Shown piece by piece: positions 1-8,886 of a stretch of DNA of 64,000 nt. A program made the position numbers and the translations under genes. The notes under the pieces were generated by a model. It searched no databases. It had not been told where the DNA came from and saw only the letters and a program-made list of their open reading frames with translations. The stretch is from a virus: positions 14,463 through 78,462 of IMG/VR virus record IMGVR_UViG_3300009425_004205, one strand, 5' to 3'. Position 1 is the stretch's first letter. Each line of letters starts with the position of its first letter.

Positions 1-512
1 AATTCGGAGCATACAACGCTTCAGATTTCAGACGAGCGCTGGAAACCTCTCAAGATATTGAGAGGTTTATACCAGACAATGTTGACGCGGAAGAGGTTAG
101 AAGAATCCTGGGTTTTTTAACATCATCCAAAGAAGTTGGGAGCACCTCCCCTTCTACTTTGGATGAGAGTCTGATAATTAAACTAATCTATGAAATGTTA
201 TCTGAAAGTTCTTGGCAACCCATAGCCAAAGCTCGCATGCGCAAATCAATGCATAGACTGTTGAGGGGTGGAAATAAAAAAGCGGCAAAGCATGGTGCAC
301 CATTTTCTAAAGATTTGAGTATTGGCAATTCCAACGCCTTCTTAGCTAAAGAATCGGAAGAGAAAGAAGAAGAACAAATAGAAGAAATATCCGCCATGGC
401 AGCAGGTTCTGTTGAAATTGGCTCTGCCCCCATGGGTAGAAAGAGTCCGTACGATGTCTGGAGGACAGCCAGAAAGAAAACAAAAGGCAAGAAAGATAAA
501 AATCGCCACTAA
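1..512 (+). CDS. 5'-truncated CDS; probably the C-terminal part of a phage cytidyltransferase-like protein
   Basis: The frame of ORF 159..512 stays open back to the window edge (FGAYNASDFRRALETSQDIERFIPDNV...). ASDFRRAL...FIP resembles the C-terminal S-A-S/T-x-x-R motif of phage cytidyltransferase-like proteins. The TTG at 159 is unlikely to be the true start. Confidence 0.45.
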   Translation, partial: FGAYNASDFRRALETSQDIERFIPDNVDAEEVRRILGFLTSSKEVGSTSPSTLDESLIIKLIYEMLSESSWQPIAKARMRKSMHRLLRGGNKKAAKHGAPFSKDLSIGNSNAFLAKESEEKEEEQIEEISAMAAGSVEIGSAPMGRKSPYDVWRTARKKTKGKKDKNRH

Positions 513-527
513 TTATACAAGAGGAGT

Positions 528-1340
528 ATGCAAAAAATGACGTCTAGAGAAGAATTTGCCCAAGAAATGCTTTTGAGAGAAAATGTTCGAAAAGCGATAA
601 TAGTTGCGCAAAGGAAGAAGCTTAACGAGGGCAGTGATAGTGTTTTGAGAAGAATCCATCTTCGATCGATATTAAAGGATTTGATATTGGAAGCTGCCGC
701 CGATCCCGATGAAGATCCACATCCAAGCACTGGTATAAATATACTCCGAGACTTGATTAAGAATTCTAACTTCTTAAAAACTATTAGGACTGGATACAAA
801 GCCTTAACTACTGCAGAAGAACAAAGAACTTCATACAGGGCGCATATGATTAGCGCCATACAGCATGCTTTAGCTCCGGTTATGATGAATAGTGACGCAG
901 GAACTGGAAAAGGTGATATCCATGAAGATATCGATATCGAGGTAGAAGAGGAAGAGAAGTTCATAGAAGGTGAGCCAGAAAATGCGCCCACGGCTGCAGA
1001 GGAAGAGGAAGAGGTAGAGTCAGATCCCAAGGATGACTTCGGTTTAGAAGGGGAAGAGATTACCGGTAGAGATAGAGCGTACGAAGACTTCAAAGATATA
1101 GAACAGACAATAATAAATAGTTTTGGGATGCTCAGCAATCCTGATGATCAGGAGAAGTTTTATGATTACTTGATAGCTAATACAAAACTATATTTTGATA
1201 GGTTTGAAACTGAATTACAGGCAAAGGTAGAAGAACCTACAAATTCAGAATATGATAATGCTGAAACTCCTGAGCCCGAGTCCGATGTTCCGGAAGAAGA
1301 ATCCTTGGATATGGAAGAATTCGCTGCAGCTGCAGAATAA
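528..1340 (+). CDS. Acidic hypothetical phage protein
   Basis: 270-aa ORF with a GAGGAG RBS; very E/D-rich; preceded by a CTAATTA motif. Confidence 0.7.
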   Translation: MQKMTSREEFAQEMLLRENVRKAIIVAQRKKLNEGSDSVLRRIHLRSILKDLILEAAADPDEDPHPSTGINILRDLIKNSNFLKTIRTGYKALTTAEEQRTSYRAHMISAIQHALAPVMMNSDAGTGKGDIHEDIDIEVEEEEKFIEGEPENAPTAAEEEEEVESDPKDDFGLEGEEITGRDRAYEDFKDIEQTIINSFGMLSNPDDQEKFYDYLIANTKLYFDRFETELQAKVEEPTNSEYDNAETPEPESDVPEEESLDMEEFAAAAE

Positions 1341-1342
1341 GC

Positions 1343-1373
1343 TTTACTTTTTCTGAAAAATATGTTATAAATA
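1343..1373 (+). promoter_or_regulatory. Sigma70-type promoter (extended -10) overlapping a TATAAATA box
   Basis: TTTACT(1343-1348)-N17-TATAAA(1366-1371) with TG at 1363-1364. TATAAATA at 1366-1373 also matches the T4 late promoter consensus. Confidence 0.5.
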
Positions 1374-1396
1374 ACAAGTTATAACGATTTATAATT

Positions 1397-1744
1397 ATGA
1401 GTATGATTCAGAAAAAGAAAAGAAACAAATATTATGATTATAGTATATCTAGAAAATTAAAAGCTAAAAATAAAATAACAAATCAGTTTGAAGTAATGCT
1501 AGCATCACTAGATCTAGAAGATATTATAGCTCTCAAGCTCGAGCTGGCAGCTTCGGTAGTAAAAGGTAAATTATATGGATTCCCGATATGGAATTCTTCC
1601 TTTTATATAGTTAAAGAAGCTTTAATCAAATTCTCCTTATCATCTACCACTTCTCAGAAAGAAGCTGCCAATTTATTGGGTATTAGCTTGTCTGAGCTTC
1701 GAAGAAATATAAAAAAGTTTAATATCAAAATATTAGAGGCATAA
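1397..1744 (+). CDS. Fis-type (HTH_8) DNA-binding protein
   Basis: C-terminal ALIKFSL...SQKEAANLLGISLSELRRNIKKFNI matches the Fis/NtrC C-terminal helix-turn-helix. Confidence 0.7.
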   Translation: MSMIQKKKRNKYYDYSISRKLKAKNKITNQFEVMLASLDLEDIIALKLELAASVVKGKLYGFPIWNSSFYIVKEALIKFSLSSTTSQKEAANLLGISLSELRRNIKKFNIKILEA

Positions 1745-1747
1745 AGT

Positions 1748-2170
1748 ATGATAATTCAAAATTTACTAGCAATAATATTGCTGCAGCCAATTATGTCCTT
1801 GCCGACACATCCCCCCAAAAGCATGACGATTAAAACTGCAACAATCTCACAATTCATGAAGTTTTGTCCAAAATTTCATGAATACCATAAGCTTCCAGTC
1901 AACATATATACGCCATCAAATTCATTAATGATGGTAAGAATCAAAAATTGTATGGATAAAAAAGATATATTAGTTATTTCATGGTTAGGTACTGGAAATG
2001 ATATCGATTTAACTTTTTCAAAATTAGTAGCGCTACATTACACAGAGAACCAAAAAAACGTAGGCACAAATATCAAAATTAACTTAGTCGATATTAAAAC
2101 TCAGAAAAATAAGAAGATACTAGATAAAAAACATAAGATATGGTATGTTATATATGAATTAATTAATTAA
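1748..2170 (+). CDS. Hypothetical protein with hydrophobic N-terminus
   Basis: 140-aa ORF directly after the previous gene; signal-peptide-like start. Confidence 0.55.
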   Translation: MIIQNLLAIILLQPIMSLPTHPPKSMTIKTATISQFMKFCPKFHEYHKLPVNIYTPSNSLMMVRIKNCMDKKDILVISWLGTGNDIDLTFSKLVALHYTENQKNVGTNIKINLVDIKTQKNKKILDKKHKIWYVIYELIN

Positions 2171-2262
2171 TTAGAGTAGAGATATACACTAAGTGTTAAT
2201 TCTCAGAGAGCTGACTAATTAATTTATAGATACGCGTCGACGTCACAAAGGAGATAAGAATA

Positions 2263-2673
2263 ATGCCAAAATTTCATGGCCAGAACAAAAAGAGAATTGA
2301 TCCAAGATACTTTTTAGAAGAAACACGCGTGGTTTCCATGATGGAGGCACCATTTCCGATAGATAAGGGACAAGTCCGCCAACACGCGAAAACACTAGCA
2401 CAGAGCGATGCTAGCATGCCTGGAGACGGAGGTGAAACCGCTTCATTAATCCTACGCGGCGCCACAATGCAGCAGTTGGAAGATATTCTCTCTGATTTGC
2501 TAAGTAGCGGGGAAATAACATCAGAACAGCTTGAAGTCGCCGCAGAAAGAATGAGAGAAATTGAAGAAAAACATGGCATGCTACCAGGAGATGACAAAGA
2601 TATCAATCAAAGTTCTTATGGATCGGATTATCACCCAAACGATCCGCGTTCTCCAGGATACAGCAGAAGTTAA
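2263..2673 (+). CDS. Hypothetical phage protein
   Basis: 136-aa ORF with an AGGAG RBS; N-terminal KKRIDPRYFLEE. Confidence 0.65.
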   Translation: MPKFHGQNKKRIDPRYFLEETRVVSMMEAPFPIDKGQVRQHAKTLAQSDASMPGDGGETASLILRGATMQQLEDILSDLLSSGEITSEQLEVAAERMREIEEKHGMLPGDDKDINQSSYGSDYHPNDPRSPGYSRS

Positions 2674-2681
2674 TTAATTTA

Positions 2682-2990
<309 letters not shown>

Positions 2991-3020
2991 ACTTTTCTCT
3001 TTTTGGAGACTATTTAATAC

Positions 3021-3683
3021 ATGAAACTTATAATGGAAAATTGGAGAAGGCATTTAAAAGAACAAGACAATTCTTTTATATGCCCACGTGGAATGTTCGT
3101 TTCTGTAATGCTGCCGCCCACTAAGCGCGAAATTGTTATACTACAAACTAGCGAGGGCCCGACTGCTTTTTACAGAAGCACCGGATCCGGAACTGCAGGA
3201 AGAAATACAGAAGATATGTGGTTGCCCATGGGTGGAGTTGGCCAACATAATGGCGATCCTTGGATTATGAAACTACCTTCTAGTCACCCACAAGCGAAAG
3301 GTTCTAAATTCCCCAAAGAAGAATCAGAGTTTTGGAACATTGGAAAGGGGCTGGCTCGCTGTTTCGAAAAAAGCCCGTTTGTTTCCAAGGATTGGACAGA
3401 ATATCTTACAAAATTTAGACTCCCTTCCTATGAACAGGTAGAGGAATACGCAGGTATTTTTCGAATTACTTATGGCGCAATGATTGTCAACCACTGGTTG
3501 AATAGTAAGGGTGCGCTAAAAACAGATTGGCAGTCTGGAGGGATATACGGATCTGTTGATCATCCGGTATCTGGGGAAGAAGAAGTATCTGGATATACCA
3601 CTGATCTCGCAGGGTTAACTGTACGCGGGATTCACAGCATGGTGTGGAAAAATTCGCAAGAACAAGACACACACAACATATGA
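3021..3683 (+). CDS. Hypothetical phage protein with MKLIMENWRRHLKE leader
   Basis: 220-aa ORF; ATG lies 4 nt after CTATTTA. Confidence 0.75.
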   Translation: MKLIMENWRRHLKEQDNSFICPRGMFVSVMLPPTKREIVILQTSEGPTAFYRSTGSGTAGRNTEDMWLPMGGVGQHNGDPWIMKLPSSHPQAKGSKFPKEESEFWNIGKGLARCFEKSPFVSKDWTEYLTKFRLPSYEQVEEYAGIFRITYGAMIVNHWLNSKGALKTDWQSGGIYGSVDHPVSGEEEVSGYTTDLAGLTVRGIHSMVWKNSQEQDTHNI

Positions 3684-3739
3684 AACTCATAATGGAAAGC
3701 TCGAGAAGAACATACAAAGAAGACAACAGAACTAATTAA
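3680..3739 (+). pseudogene. Degenerate second copy of the MKLIME leader (MKLIMESSRRTYKEDNRTN*)
   Basis: ATGAAACTCATAATGGAAAG at 3680 is near-identical to ATGAAACTTATAATGGAAAA at 3021. It overlaps the upstream stop (ATGA) and stops after 19 codons. Confidence 0.55.
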
Positions 3740-3742
3740 TAT

Positions 3743-3771
3743 TTGACTTTTCTTCATTGTTGCACTATATT
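3743..3771 (+). promoter_or_regulatory. Sigma70-type promoter for iscU-iscA
   Basis: TTGACT-N17-TATATT, followed by an AGGAGG RBS. Confidence 0.65.
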
Positions 3772-3791
3772 TAAACTAGGAGGAAATAATT

Positions 3792-4178
3792 ATGGCATAT
3801 TCAAAAGAGGTATTAGATCACTATGAACACCCACGAAATGTTGGGTCTTTTGACAAACACGATGATAGTGTTGGCACTGGCCTTGTCGGTGCACCCGCCT
3901 GTGGCGATGTTATGAGGTTACAGATTAAAGTGAGCGATGAAGGAATAATAGAAGATGCAAGATTTAAGACATATGGGTGCGGTTCTGCTATAGCTTCTTC
4001 CTCCCTTGTCACTGAGTGGGTTAAGGGTTTAAATCTGAACGACGTTCTGGATATCAAAAATACAGATATAGCGGAACACCTTAGTCTCCCACCGGTAAAG
4101 ATCCATTGCTCTGTCCTAGCCGAGGACGCCATCCGGGCGGCCATCGCGGATTATAAAGACAAGAAGGGCATCGAGTAG
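3792..4178 (+). CDS. iscU: Fe-S cluster scaffold IscU
   Basis: YSKEVLDHYEHPRNVG, GAPACGDVM, FKTYGCGSAIASSS and LPPVKIHCSVLAEDAI. Confidence 0.97.
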   Translation: MAYSKEVLDHYEHPRNVGSFDKHDDSVGTGLVGAPACGDVMRLQIKVSDEGIIEDARFKTYGCGSAIASSSLVTEWVKGLNLNDVLDIKNTDIAEHLSLPPVKIHCSVLAEDAIRAAIADYKDKKGIE

Positions 4179-4191
4179 GGGAGGAAGCATT

Positions 4192-4515
4192 ATGATTGGT
4201 TTAAACGAAACAGCTGCCGGTAAAGTCATCGAGTTGATAGAGAAGCGTCCGAATCAAACTGCCGGCTTACGGGTGGGCGTACGTGGCGGAGGCTGCTCTG
4301 GATTCACATATTTTCTGGAATTCGTGGAGTGCGGAAACAAAGGTGACAAAGAGCTGGATTCCCACGGAGTGACTCTCTTCGTCGACCCCAAGAGCTATCT
4401 CTACCTGATGGGTACTGTGATTGACTTTGTCGATGGGTTGGGTGGTTCAGGATTTAAGTTTACCAATCCGAATGCCCGGCGAACCTGCGGATGTGGTGAG
4501 AGCTTTAGCGTCTAA
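4192..4515 (+). CDS. iscA: Fe-S cluster assembly A-type carrier IscA (HesB family)
   Basis: LRVGVRGGGCSGFTY and the C-terminal NPNA..TCGCGESF motif. Confidence 0.95.
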   Translation: MIGLNETAAGKVIELIEKRPNQTAGLRVGVRGGGCSGFTYFLEFVECGNKGDKELDSHGVTLFVDPKSYLYLMGTVIDFVDGLGGSGFKFTNPNARRTCGCGESFSV

Positions 4516-4541
4516 GTGCCACCCAACAGTCAAATATTATC

Positions 4542-4570
4542 TTGACATTACACCACATATGCGCTATAAT
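4542..4570 (+). promoter_or_regulatory. Perfect-consensus sigma70 promoter
   Basis: TTGACA(4542-4547)-N17-TATAAT(4565-4570). Confidence 0.85.
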
Positions 4571-4578
4571 GATATATT

Positions 4579-4779
4579 ATGGAGGAAGTAATTGTGAATA
4601 ACTATATTATGAAATTTTTCAACCCAAAACTGGAAGAATGGGCATCAAAAGATACCGAGCAAATTTCTTTTCCTGAAGCTGTCCGCGCGGCATACCTTCA
4701 AAGGATATCTCTGGGGCTTAACTGGGAAATAGTTAGTGTTTCAAAACTTAATATTACCTCGAAAAATCCTTCAAGATAG
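4579..4779 (+). CDS. Small hypothetical early protein (start may be GTG at 4594)
   Basis: 66-aa ORF directly behind the consensus promoter; GGAGG precedes the internal GTG. Confidence 0.6.
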   Translation: MEEVIVNNYIMKFFNPKLEEWASKDTEQISFPEAVRAAYLQRISLGLNWEIVSVSKLNITSKNPSR

Positions 4780-4799
4780 GGTGGGAATGTCTAATTATT

Positions 4800-5420
4800 A
4801 TGATTCGCATTATAGGCAAAATACCCTCGAGGGTTACGGTTGCATGTTCTGGAGGAGTTGACTCTATGGCAGTAGTTAACTTTCTAATGGAAGGTAAGCG
4901 AAAAGTTCAGTTAGCTTATTTCAATCATGATACTCCGCATTCGAAGGAGTCAGAAAGTTTTGTAAGAGAATATTCAGAAAGAAACAATTTAAATTTAATA
5001 ATTGGCAACGTGCAGGGGAACAGAGAAAAAAAACAGTCATTGGAAGAATATTGGCGTGATGAAAGATATAGATTTTTAGCTAGCTTGGATAGCCAGTTTA
5101 TTATAACATGTCATCATCTAGATGACGTAGTGGAAACATGGCTTTTCAAGTGTATACATGGTAATCCAGGATTAATCCCTTATCATAGGAGTTCGAATAT
5201 TTATCGCCCGTTTCTAATGACTGAGAAGCGGGAGTTTGTCTCTTATGCGAAGAGAAGGGAGATATCCTGGGTGGAGGATCCTTCGAATCGTATGACTAAA
5301 AACATAATGAGAAATCATATCAGACACGATATGATGCCACATGTGCTTAAAATTAATCCGGGTATTCGTACAACTATTCGTAAAAAATTAATTGAAACTT
5401 ACGAAGGAAGTGGTGTATAA
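4800..5420 (+). CDS. tilS: tRNA(Ile)-lysidine synthetase, minimal N-terminal-domain form
   Basis: PP-loop VACSGGVDSM, YFNH, R..RY.FL, HHLDDVVET, RPFL, WVEDPSN and RNHIRH. A tRNA-CAU gene follows immediately. Confidence 0.9.
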   Translation: MIRIIGKIPSRVTVACSGGVDSMAVVNFLMEGKRKVQLAYFNHDTPHSKESESFVREYSERNNLNLIIGNVQGNREKKQSLEEYWRDERYRFLASLDSQFIITCHHLDDVVETWLFKCIHGNPGLIPYHRSSNIYRPFLMTEKREFVSYAKRREISWVEDPSNRMTKNIMRNHIRHDMMPHVLKINPGIRTTIRKKLIETYEGSGV

Positions 5421-5431
5421 TAAATATCTAT

Positions 5432-5505
5432 GGACCTCTAGCTCAATTGGTTAGAGCATCCGGCTCATAACCGGGAGGTTCACGGTTCAAGTCCGTGGAG
5501 GTCCA
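5432..5505 (+). tRNA. tRNA-Ile2 (anticodon CAU, lysidine substrate)
   Basis: Cloverleaf: GGACCTC/GAGGTCC acceptor stem, D-arm GCTC..GAGC, anticodon loop CTCATAA, T-loop TTCAAGT, discriminator A. C4:G69 and C5:G68 pairs, a paired G1:C72 and the adjacent tilS favour Ile2 over Met/fMet. Confidence 0.88.
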
Positions 5506-5529
5506 CTATACTATAATAGGAGAGCTGTA

Positions 5530-6153
5530 GTGAAATATGATTGGATATCCGAGTTGGGAGAAGATAAGAAGAATACTTCTGAAGCTGAGTCAAAAGATGC
5601 ATCGGCAACTGCAAGTCATAATGTCGTAGATATTGTAAATAACAGAATATATTTTTACTCCTCAGTTGATAAATTGAGGGTACTTAAACTAAACAAAGCA
5701 ATCCATAGCTTAGGAATAACCCTTTGTCAAAGAGCTGCGCACATGAATACAGAACCGCTACCAATAGAAATATTAATTAATAGTTTTGGAGGAAGCGTGT
5801 TTTCAGGATTTGCAGCAGTAGACTATATTTTGAATGCAAAAGTTCCTGTAATAACAACCATCGATGGCTGTGCAGCCTCAGCAGCTACGATGATGAGTGT
5901 CGTAGGGACTCACCGAAAAATGAATAAGAATTCTTTTATGCTAGTTCATCAGTTGTCTAGCGGCATGTGGGGAAATTTTAGGCAGCTTAAAGACGACATA
6001 GAGAACTGCGAACTTTTAATGCGAAAGATAAAAAACATTTATAGGGAGCATACAAAAATTCCAAAAAGGAAGATGGATGAAATACTTAAACATGACTTAT
6101 GGTGGGACTCTACAACGTGCTTGAAGTATGGATTAGTCGACGAGATAATTTAA
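5530..6153 (+). CDS. ClpP-like serine protease
   Basis: INSFGGSVFSG, GCAASAA (Ser), MVHQLS (His), HDLWW (Asp) and YGLVDEII. Confidence 0.88.
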   Translation: MKYDWISELGEDKKNTSEAESKDASATASHNVVDIVNNRIYFYSSVDKLRVLKLNKAIHSLGITLCQRAAHMNTEPLPIEILINSFGGSVFSGFAAVDYILNAKVPVITTIDGCAASAATMMSVVGTHRKMNKNSFMLVHQLSSGMWGNFRQLKDDIENCELLMRKIKNIYREHTKIPKRKMDEILKHDLWWDSTTCLKYGLVDEII

Positions 6154-6169
6154 TTTAGGGGAAAACAAT

Positions 6170-6454
6170 ATGTCTAGAATATCACTAGCAAACGCGAAAA
6201 AACTATTACAAGGAATTATGAGTCATAATTCTTTGGATGATCGTCTGGGTATTAATTGGGACAACTTCCGCAATGTAAGGGGAGAAAAGGGTACATTTCG
6301 AATCACTGCTGACAAAATATCACTCACAGGATTGATATACATGCTAGAGCATGAATCAATTGAAGATGTCTACTTTCATCCTTCTGTTGCTCCACCCCGA
6401 GATGGAATACAATCAACTGCTATGAGATATCATCTATACGTTATTTTTCTATAA
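6170..6454 (+). CDS. Hypothetical protein
   Basis: 94-aa ORF with an AGGGG RBS. Confidence 0.6.
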   Translation: MSRISLANAKKLLQGIMSHNSLDDRLGINWDNFRNVRGEKGTFRITADKISLTGLIYMLEHESIEDVYFHPSVAPPRDGIQSTAMRYHLYVIFL

Positions 6455-7280
6455 TTTCTAGAAACGTTGTAGGTTCTTTCTCGCGAGGGTTGTCATAATT
6501 AGCCTTAGCGGCTCGCTTTATAAACTTTAATGTTTTTTCGTACGTGGTAGCTATCGACATGTGCGAGAATACTCTTGAAGCTGCGAATATTATACCAACT
6601 ATTTCATAACTTTCATTAAAAACAGGGCTACCAGATGAGCCTCCCACAGCAGGTACGGTATACATGTCTGTTTCTTCTGGCATCATTGTTCCGCTGTAGA
6701 AACCAGCTAATATCGGAACTGCAGGGGGATGAAATATGCCAGCTGGTGCAGCTATATTATAAACTTTGTCACCAACCTCCGGCTTTCTGGGCGAGAATCT
6801 AACATATTCTTTATTTTTCATGTCACGGGAATATAGCAGACATAAATCTATTCCATTTTTTAATTCATAATACCTGACGTCAGCGCTGTACTTTTCTCCT
6901 TCTGTCGTCTGAAGCATTATGTATCTTTCAATCTTTTCTATATACCCCATGCCGTGATCACCTATGCCGCCATCAGTGTTGCACATGTGTCCTGCAGACA
7001 ATATTAGGCTACCGGATCCGGTGCTAGATATAATAACGCCGGATCCAGTTGATGTGTATCCCTCACCTTCTTGGCAGTGTTTGCGGGAATTCTTAAGGGG
7101 AATACATTTCTTTACTTTAACTAATCTAGTTATCTTAACAAAAGAACCCACAGGAGGTGTCTTTTTATCAATATTCTCACTAGTTAAGCGACTAGTAGGG
7201 TTAATACAGCTTACACAGCATGTACAAAGAAAACACACTATAAGGGTAGAGATAGAATATAAGAAGAAGTGTAACCTCAT
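6441..7280 (-). CDS. Trypsin-like (S1) serine protease, probably membrane-anchored or lipoprotein
   Basis: STGSGVII, LSAGHMC (His), DLCLL (Asp), GGSSGSPVFN (Ser); hydrophobic Cys-rich N-terminus. Confidence 0.88.
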   Translation of the reverse strand: MRLHFFLYSISTLIVCFLCTCCVSCINPTSRLTSENIDKKTPPVGSFVKITRLVKVKKCIPLKNSRKHCQEGEGYTSTGSGVIISSTGSGSLILSAGHMCNTDGGIGDHGMGYIEKIERYIMLQTTEGEKYSADVRYYELKNGIDLCLLYSRDMKNKEYVRFSPRKPEVGDKVYNIAAPAGIFHPPAVPILAGFYSGTMMPEETDMYTVPAVGGSSGSPVFNESYEIVGIIFAASRVFSHMSIATTYEKTLKFIKRAAKANYDNPREKEPTTFLEIIEK

Positions 7281-7328
7281 ACTAATAACTATAACGAAAA
7301 AAGAAATTTATTTTAAAGGAAAAAAATC

Positions 7329-7505
7329 ATGATAGAAATAATTGTAATAATGTGTAGCATCTTTGGATACAATTCAGGCGAAAAACTAATTGCGAATATA
7401 GAGATAAGCGAAGCGTATGAGTATCCAAAAGAGCAGACATATCAAGACAATACATATATTTTAACTCCCACGCCGTGGAAAAAGCTTAAAAAAGATAAAA
7501 TCTAG
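7329..7505 (+). CDS. Small hypothetical protein (58 aa, not in ORF track)
   Basis: Own translation: MIEIIVIMCSIFGYNSGEKL...PWKKLKKDKI*, with AAGGA upstream; fills the intergenic gap. Confidence 0.4.
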   Translation: MIEIIVIMCSIFGYNSGEKLIANIEISEAYEYPKEQTYQDNTYILTPTPWKKLKKDKI

Positions 7506-7557
7506 AACCAATATGCTATATACTATACGTATATGAAAGAATATACGGAGAATTAAC

Positions 7558-8871
7558 TTGGCTAAAATAACATATGTATTGGACACTAGCGTTTATCTTA
7601 CAGATTCTAATTCTATAGAGTCCTATGGAAACAACGATGTTGTGGTACCGCTTAAAGTTCTAGATGAAATAGACAATCACAAAAAAAGACAAGATGTGGT
7701 AGGTTCTCAAGCCCGTGCGCTAATAAGAAAGCTCGATGCTCTGAGATCTAAGGGGAACCTTTCCAAAGGCGTTCGACTTGGGAAAGGGCAAGGACTTTTA
7801 ACAGTAAAGGGGTATAATCCGTTTGTATTGCCAGATGACTTGGATTTGGAAGATTCAGATAATCAGATTATAGCCACGGCATTATCTGAGAAATCTTCGA
7901 ATGTGAAGAGAAAAGTTATAGTGGTATCTAGGGATATCAACATGAGGGTGAAATGTGACTCCTTAGGCCTGTTATCTCAAGACTATGATTTAGAGAAAGT
8001 CTTTACTACGGACGAAGGGTTATATTCTGGCTTCACAACTCACTTGGTAGACGAGCAGGTTATTGATAACTTCTATGAAGATAAACCAATATTTTTAGAA
8101 GCAAGTAGTTGCAACTTGCACAGTAATCAATATGTGATGATGGTATCCAGTTCCAATGAGAAGAAAACAGCACTAGGGAGATATGTAAATCACTTAGCTC
8201 CTCTGTCTAAACCAATTACATTCAAAGCTGGTGTTTGGGGCGTACGCCCTCGCAATAAGGAACAATCCTTCGCGCTGGACTTACTAATGAACACAGATGT
8301 TCCAGTCGTGACTCTCGTCGGACAAGCTGGCTCTGGCAAGACTTTACTGGCTTTAGCTGCAGCCCTGGAACAAACGTTTGGCCAAGACAGTAGATATAAA
8401 AAAGTGGTAGTTTCAAAGCCGGTACAACCAATGGGGAAAGACATAGGTTTCTTACCAGGAACCCTGGAAGAAAAAATGATGCCATGGCTTGCTCCGATTC
8501 AAGATAATCTACAGTACTTATTTGGAAATGACAAGATGACATTGGACATGTATGTCCAAGAGGGTAAAATAGAAATTGAAGCGATGACATATATCCGCGG
8601 CCGCTCAATAGCTAATTCAATAATCATAATTGATGAGGTGCAGAACATGAATCAGCATGAAATAAAAACTGTCCTAACTAGGGTTGGAGAAGGAACTAAA
8701 ATAATCTTAACGGGAGATATAGAACAGATAGATAACGTCTACATCGATGAAACTAACAACGCCCTGTCATACGTCGTAGAAAAGCTCAAGAGTGAGGAAA
8801 TTTCTGGACATATAACACTGATAAAGGGAGAAAGATCTAAAGTTGCGACAATTGCCGCAAAGCTTTTATAG
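7558..8871 (+). CDS. phoH: PIN-domain PhoH-family ATPase (PhoH2/YlaK type)
   Basis: N-terminal PIN (VLDTSV, DNQII, SRDINMRVK); Walker A GQAGSGKT, IGFLPG, YIRGRS, IIDEVQN and GDIEQID. Confidence 0.92.
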   Translation: MAKITYVLDTSVYLTDSNSIESYGNNDVVVPLKVLDEIDNHKKRQDVVGSQARALIRKLDALRSKGNLSKGVRLGKGQGLLTVKGYNPFVLPDDLDLEDSDNQIIATALSEKSSNVKRKVIVVSRDINMRVKCDSLGLLSQDYDLEKVFTTDEGLYSGFTTHLVDEQVIDNFYEDKPIFLEASSCNLHSNQYVMMVSSSNEKKTALGRYVNHLAPLSKPITFKAGVWGVRPRNKEQSFALDLLMNTDVPVVTLVGQAGSGKTLLALAAALEQTFGQDSRYKKVVVSKPVQPMGKDIGFLPGTLEEKMMPWLAPIQDNLQYLFGNDKMTLDMYVQEGKIEIEAMTYIRGRSIANSIIIIDEVQNMNQHEIKTVLTRVGEGTKIILTGDIEQIDNVYIDETNNALSYVVEKLKSEEISGHITLIKGERSKVATIAAKLL

Positions 8872-8886
8872 AAAATAGAGGATAAT

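Noticed and set aside
2156-2200. (TTAA)n run and short ACACT-A-AGTGT inverted repeat
   Set aside because: Too short and AT-rich to distinguish from chance.
5432-5505. Initiator tRNA-fMet
   Set aside because: It has a paired G1:C72 and lacks the GGG/CCC anticodon-stem signature.
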